Shown: positions 60,170 to 64,000 of the stretch, piece after piece
How positions within the stretch are numbered: the first letter of the stretch is position 1
Layout: each line of letters begins with the position of its first letter
Origin: Blastocladiella emersonii ATCC 22665
Taxonomy: Eukaryota; Fungi; Blastocladiomycota
DNA length: 64,000 bases
NCBI GenBank assembly: GCA_025594325.1
Contig: JANHCV010000004.1
Span: 1,178,001 to 1,242,000, forward strand
Reading direction: 5' to 3'
Position numbers and translations under genes: made by a program
The notes under the pieces: model-generated
Seen by the model: only the letters and a program-made list of their open reading frames with translations
Databases searched by the model: none
Told to the model about the DNA's origin: nothing

Positions 60170-63100
60170 TCACAGAAACCCGCGCCGGTACTCGGCCAGC
60201 CGCGCCCGCGCCATCCCCTCGTCCGCCGCCGCGAACGCAAACGGGTGCTGCCCGGCGTTGATTTCGGCGACTACCGCGTGCGCCGCGAACGGGTACCGCG
60301 ACCGCACGCGCGGCCACGGCGCCTGCGTCGCGCTGACCGTCGCCGCGAATGTGCCGTCGACCGTGAAGAAGATGAGGGGCAGGCCCGCGTCCGACTCGGC
60401 GAGCCCGACGCCGACCACGACGGGCGCACCGTGCGCCACCGCGAGGCTCGACGGGAGCATCGACACGACGCGGGTTGGGTCGGCCGAGGACGACGACGGG
60501 GAGAAGACGATGGCGGGCACGAGCTCGCCGTCGCTTGGGCTGCTTGGTGGCGAGCCCGACGACGAGGTCTGGATCTTGAGCCCGCCCGCGTGCCCGTGGT
60601 CAGCCGCGCTCGACGATCCGCCCCCGGGGACCAGCGTGAGGTACATGCGTGTCCCGTCGCGGTCCGCGAGCCCGACCTCGAGCGGCCGCCCCGTCTTGGC
60701 TGACGCCGCCGACTCGAGCGCGATCTCGACGTACTCGAGCAGCGCGCTCGCGTCCACGCCATGCACGCCCGGGCTGCTGGGCCATGCTGGGCTGGACGGC
60801 GCGACGGGCGACGTGGGCGAGGCCGGGAGAGGTGTGACCATGGCCTGCAGCGTGTCCTCGTCCCACTCGTCGTCGTCGTCGTTCTGGCCGAGTCGCGGCG
60901 AGGCGACGTCGTCCTCGATGGCCGCCAACGTCTCGAGGAACATGGTGCGCACGTGCTGGAGCGGCGACGTGGTCGGCGACGACGGTGCCGAGGCGGAGGC
61001 CCGACGGGGTGGCAGCTGCGGCGACTTGGCCGACGGCGGCGCCGGCGTGATGGGCGACTTGTTCTCGGTCCCCGCCGTGTACGGGTTGAGGTGCACGAAC
61101 CCCTGGTTGAGGCCTTGTGCGATCGGCGTGTACCCCTCAACCGGGTACCTACGCGCGTCATGAGGTCAGTGTCGGTCACAAAGTGAGAGTGCGAGAGTAG
61201 ACAACGTACAGAATCGGATCCCGCGAGTGCCCAAACCGCACGCGGCACCCCTGGTTCGACGCGAGCGAGAGCGCCGGGTACCAGAGCTCCTCGCCGTCGA
61301 CGCCCTTGAACGCGGTCCCGAGCTCCTCGCCGTTCTGCGTGAACGCGATCGTCCCGTCCTCGAGGTCGATGAGACACCCGACCACATCCCCGGCCGTCCA
61401 CGCGACGCCGTACTCGGTCCCCTCGGCGTGGGCCACGAGCCCATGCCACGCGCGGCACCGGACGCCGTCGTACGCGTAACTGTGGTCGTCGTCGCCGATC
61501 CCGCGCCCGCACGCCACGTCGTACTTGCACGCGGCCGCGGCCCACCCGACCTGGACCAGGTCGCCCGTCAGCAGCTCCACCTCGAACATCCACCGCCCGC
61601 CGCCGCTCACGCCGTGCGTGCCGCGGATCGACTCGAACGCCCACCCGGGGTTCCACGCCTCGCGCCCGTGCCGCGCCGTCGCGAGCCCGGGCGTCTTGTC
61701 TTCGTGGCACAGGCCGACACTTCCAAAACGCGTCTCGCGCCGCGTCGACCGGTCGATGGCGCGGTCGAGGATCGCAGATGCGGCGAACCGCGCGAGCTCG
61801 GATGTCTGGGAAGTATCGCTGGACGAGGTCAGCAGCGTGTACCACGCCGCGTCGACGAGGAACGGCGTGGCCGTGATCCGCGACCGCGGCATCGCCTCGG
61901 TGCACCGCGCGAGAGCCAGGAGCGCGGGCTCGCTCAGCGACACGGGGTCCATGCGCATCGAAGCGATCAGTGTCGAGATGAACCCGTCCTCGTCGAGGTA
62001 CGCGCGGACGGGAGCTACACGGCACGAGTCAGCACCAAACCAACCCGCCAAGTCCCGCACCAAAACATACCAAACCGGTACATGAGCGCGAGCGTCGCCA
62101 TCGCCGTCCCCGCGACCGCCGACTTGAGCGCGTGGTGCCGGTCGACCACGAGCCCCGCCTCACCCGCGCTGCCGCCTCGCCACTCGCGGTCAGGCTTGAG
62201 CGCCATATTGTCGTCGAGCATCGGCAGCATCACGAGGTCGCACAGCGCGTCGGCGAAGATGACCAGGATATCGTCGTGCCGCTCGAGCGCCGTGTCGAGC
62301 AGGTCCGGGAACATGGCGAGCACCTGGACCGTGCGCAGCGCGCCGTCGACGCGGTCCCACGCGTTGGCCACCAGGATCGCGCTCGCGGTCTCGGCCAGCC
62401 CGGCGTTGCTCGTCACGCCCGCGGCGATCAGCGCATCGTCGCCATCGGCGGGGGATACGGGTGACCCGGCGGGTGCCGCCGACATGGGCGGCGACGCGAG
62501 GTCCGCGGCCTCGTCGCGCCGCGCGCGGTGGACGGACGAGACGGGTGAGCCGACTACGTCGTCGCTGCCCTCAACAAACGTCGCGTCGCCTCCGTCCTCC
62601 TCATCCTCCGACACGGGGCTCGGGAACACCATCGCCGCGCCGCCGCCCTTGGTCGGCGACCCGGGCGACGCGAGGTCGCCCGAGCTCCCGCGGTTCGACC
62701 GCGTGAGGAGAACCTGCATGAGCTTGTGCGCCTGCTCGATGACCACGCCGAGGACGTACGGCTGAACGATCTGGTCAGCGAACCACGCGAGGATCGTGGC
62801 GTGGTCGACCTCGGTGACGCCGAACGCGTCGCGGTCCGCGGGCGCGAGCGGGTGGTCGACGGGGACGCGTGTGAGCATGCACGCGAGTTTCGCACACATG
62901 ATTTCGGCGGCGGGTTTTTCGGACGCCAGGAGGACCGTCGCGATGGCGTCGTCGGCGCTGCGGTCCACTAACCCGGCGAGGAGCGGCGCGGGCGCGAGGA
63001 CCGCGAGGTTGAACATGGCGGCGAGCGCGCCGACGACCACGTCGTGTTCCGGGTGGTGGAGCAGGCGGACGACGGCGGCCAGCACGTCGCCGTTCGCCGG

Positions 63101-64000
63101 GACCGCGGGCGCCAGGAGCGCGGCGGGCGTGACGGCGGGCGACCCGCACAGGCAGTTGAGCACGTCGACGACGTACAGCGGGACGAGGGTGCGTGTGCTG
63201 GATCCGAGGTCGAGCAGGATGCGCAGGTTGCGGTGGTCGAGGATCGCGCGCGCGGCGCCGGGGACGGGGGCGAGGTCGTGCAGCAGCGTGAGCGCCCAGT
63301 ACTGGGCGTCCTCGTCGTTGGTCGCCCCGAGACACGCCATGACGCGCGGGACCGCGCCGAGGTCGGCGAGCCGCGGGTGGAAGTCGGGCTCGCGGATCCC
63401 GAGGAACTTGGCCACACGCAGCGCGATCTTGCCCGTGCCCACGTCCTCGGGCGCTATCAGCTGCACCACGCTGCGCAGCAGCGACGTGTTGGCGCGGACC
63501 GGCGCGCGGAACGCGTCCTTGACCGCGCACTCGTGCAGAAGGCCGAGCGCCCAGTACACAAGCTCGACGTCCTCCTGCTTGAGCGCCGACGCGATGAGAC
63601 CGACCAGGTTCACGTCTGCGAGCCCGAGGAGCGCGGTCTGCGCGTCGGCCGCGTCGAGCGCGCCCACGATGCGCACGAGCGAGTGGAAGCACAGCTTCTG
63701 CAGGGTCCAGTTGCCGTATACGACGCGCAGGCAGGCGCCGAACACGTTGACGAAGCCCGACTCGGCCATGATGCGCTGCAGGACCTCTACGCGTCGAGGG
63801 GTGGATTAGACGCGACGAAGAAGAGAGGGTGAGGGGGCATACCAGTCATGGCGAGGTTGTGCAGCATCAGGATGGACCAGTTGACGAGGTCGCGGTTGGC
63901 GCTGTGCGCGGCGCGCTTGAGGCTGTCGAGCAGGCCGTGCTTTTGGACCAGGCGTAGCTTGATGACATCTACGCTCGGGAGTGTAAGCGTGGCCTTCAGT
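60170..64000 (-). CDS. Armadillo-repeat plus SPRY-domain protein with a second degenerate SPRY-like region; 5' end lies beyond the window
   Basis: ARM-like helices (DVELVYWALGLLHECA, EDAQYWALTLLHDLA). SPRY: FESIRGTHGV...WMFEVELLTGDLVQVGWA...GIGDDDHSYAYDG...WTAGDVVGCLIDL...IAFTQNG...YPALSL. The C-terminal exon has VVGVGL...IFFTVDG...EINAGQHPFAF. Confidence 0.78.

Noticed and set aside
1-64000. CRISPR arrays, rRNA/tRNA genes, or prokaryotic operons and defence systems
   Set aside because: None were seen. The spliceosomal introns and gene content are eukaryotic, and there are no regularly spaced short direct repeats.

Overview
GC-rich (roughly 65-70% by eye), intron-containing, gene-dense eukaryotic DNA. 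Short GT(A/G)CG...CT(G/A)AC...YAG introns, fungal-type metabolic genes, and a flagellar IFT dynein-2 heavy chain plus TRIM37 point to a zoosporic fungus (Blastocladiomycota/chytrid-like; inference). Recognisable genes in order: DYNC2H1 (partial), actin capping protein alpha, a possible FAAP100-like protein, GH15 glycosidase, an F-box/ankyrin locus with a duplicated unknown domain, TRIM37, PRP4, serine O-succinyltransferase (Cys2-type), a guanylate-binding protein, HSP20, an unknown membrane protein, an MSP/VAP protein, thiolase, Bax inhibitor-1, UNC-93-like MFS, NAXE, ferroportin, an orphan, a kelch-TM protein, Cdc25 and an ARM-SPRY protein (partial). Accessory elements stand out: (1) a five-copy tandem array of an unrecognised ~420-470 aa gene family (44.5-52.9 kb), some with chained overlapping stop/start uORFs; (2) a 1418-bp non-autonomous transposon with perfect 74-bp TIRs and a 7-bp TSD; (3) a lower-GC F-box/ankyrin island. 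The dynein-2 also appears to lack about 150 aa between AAA2 and AAA3. Exon boundaries were placed by eye, and reference comparisons are from memory, not database searches.
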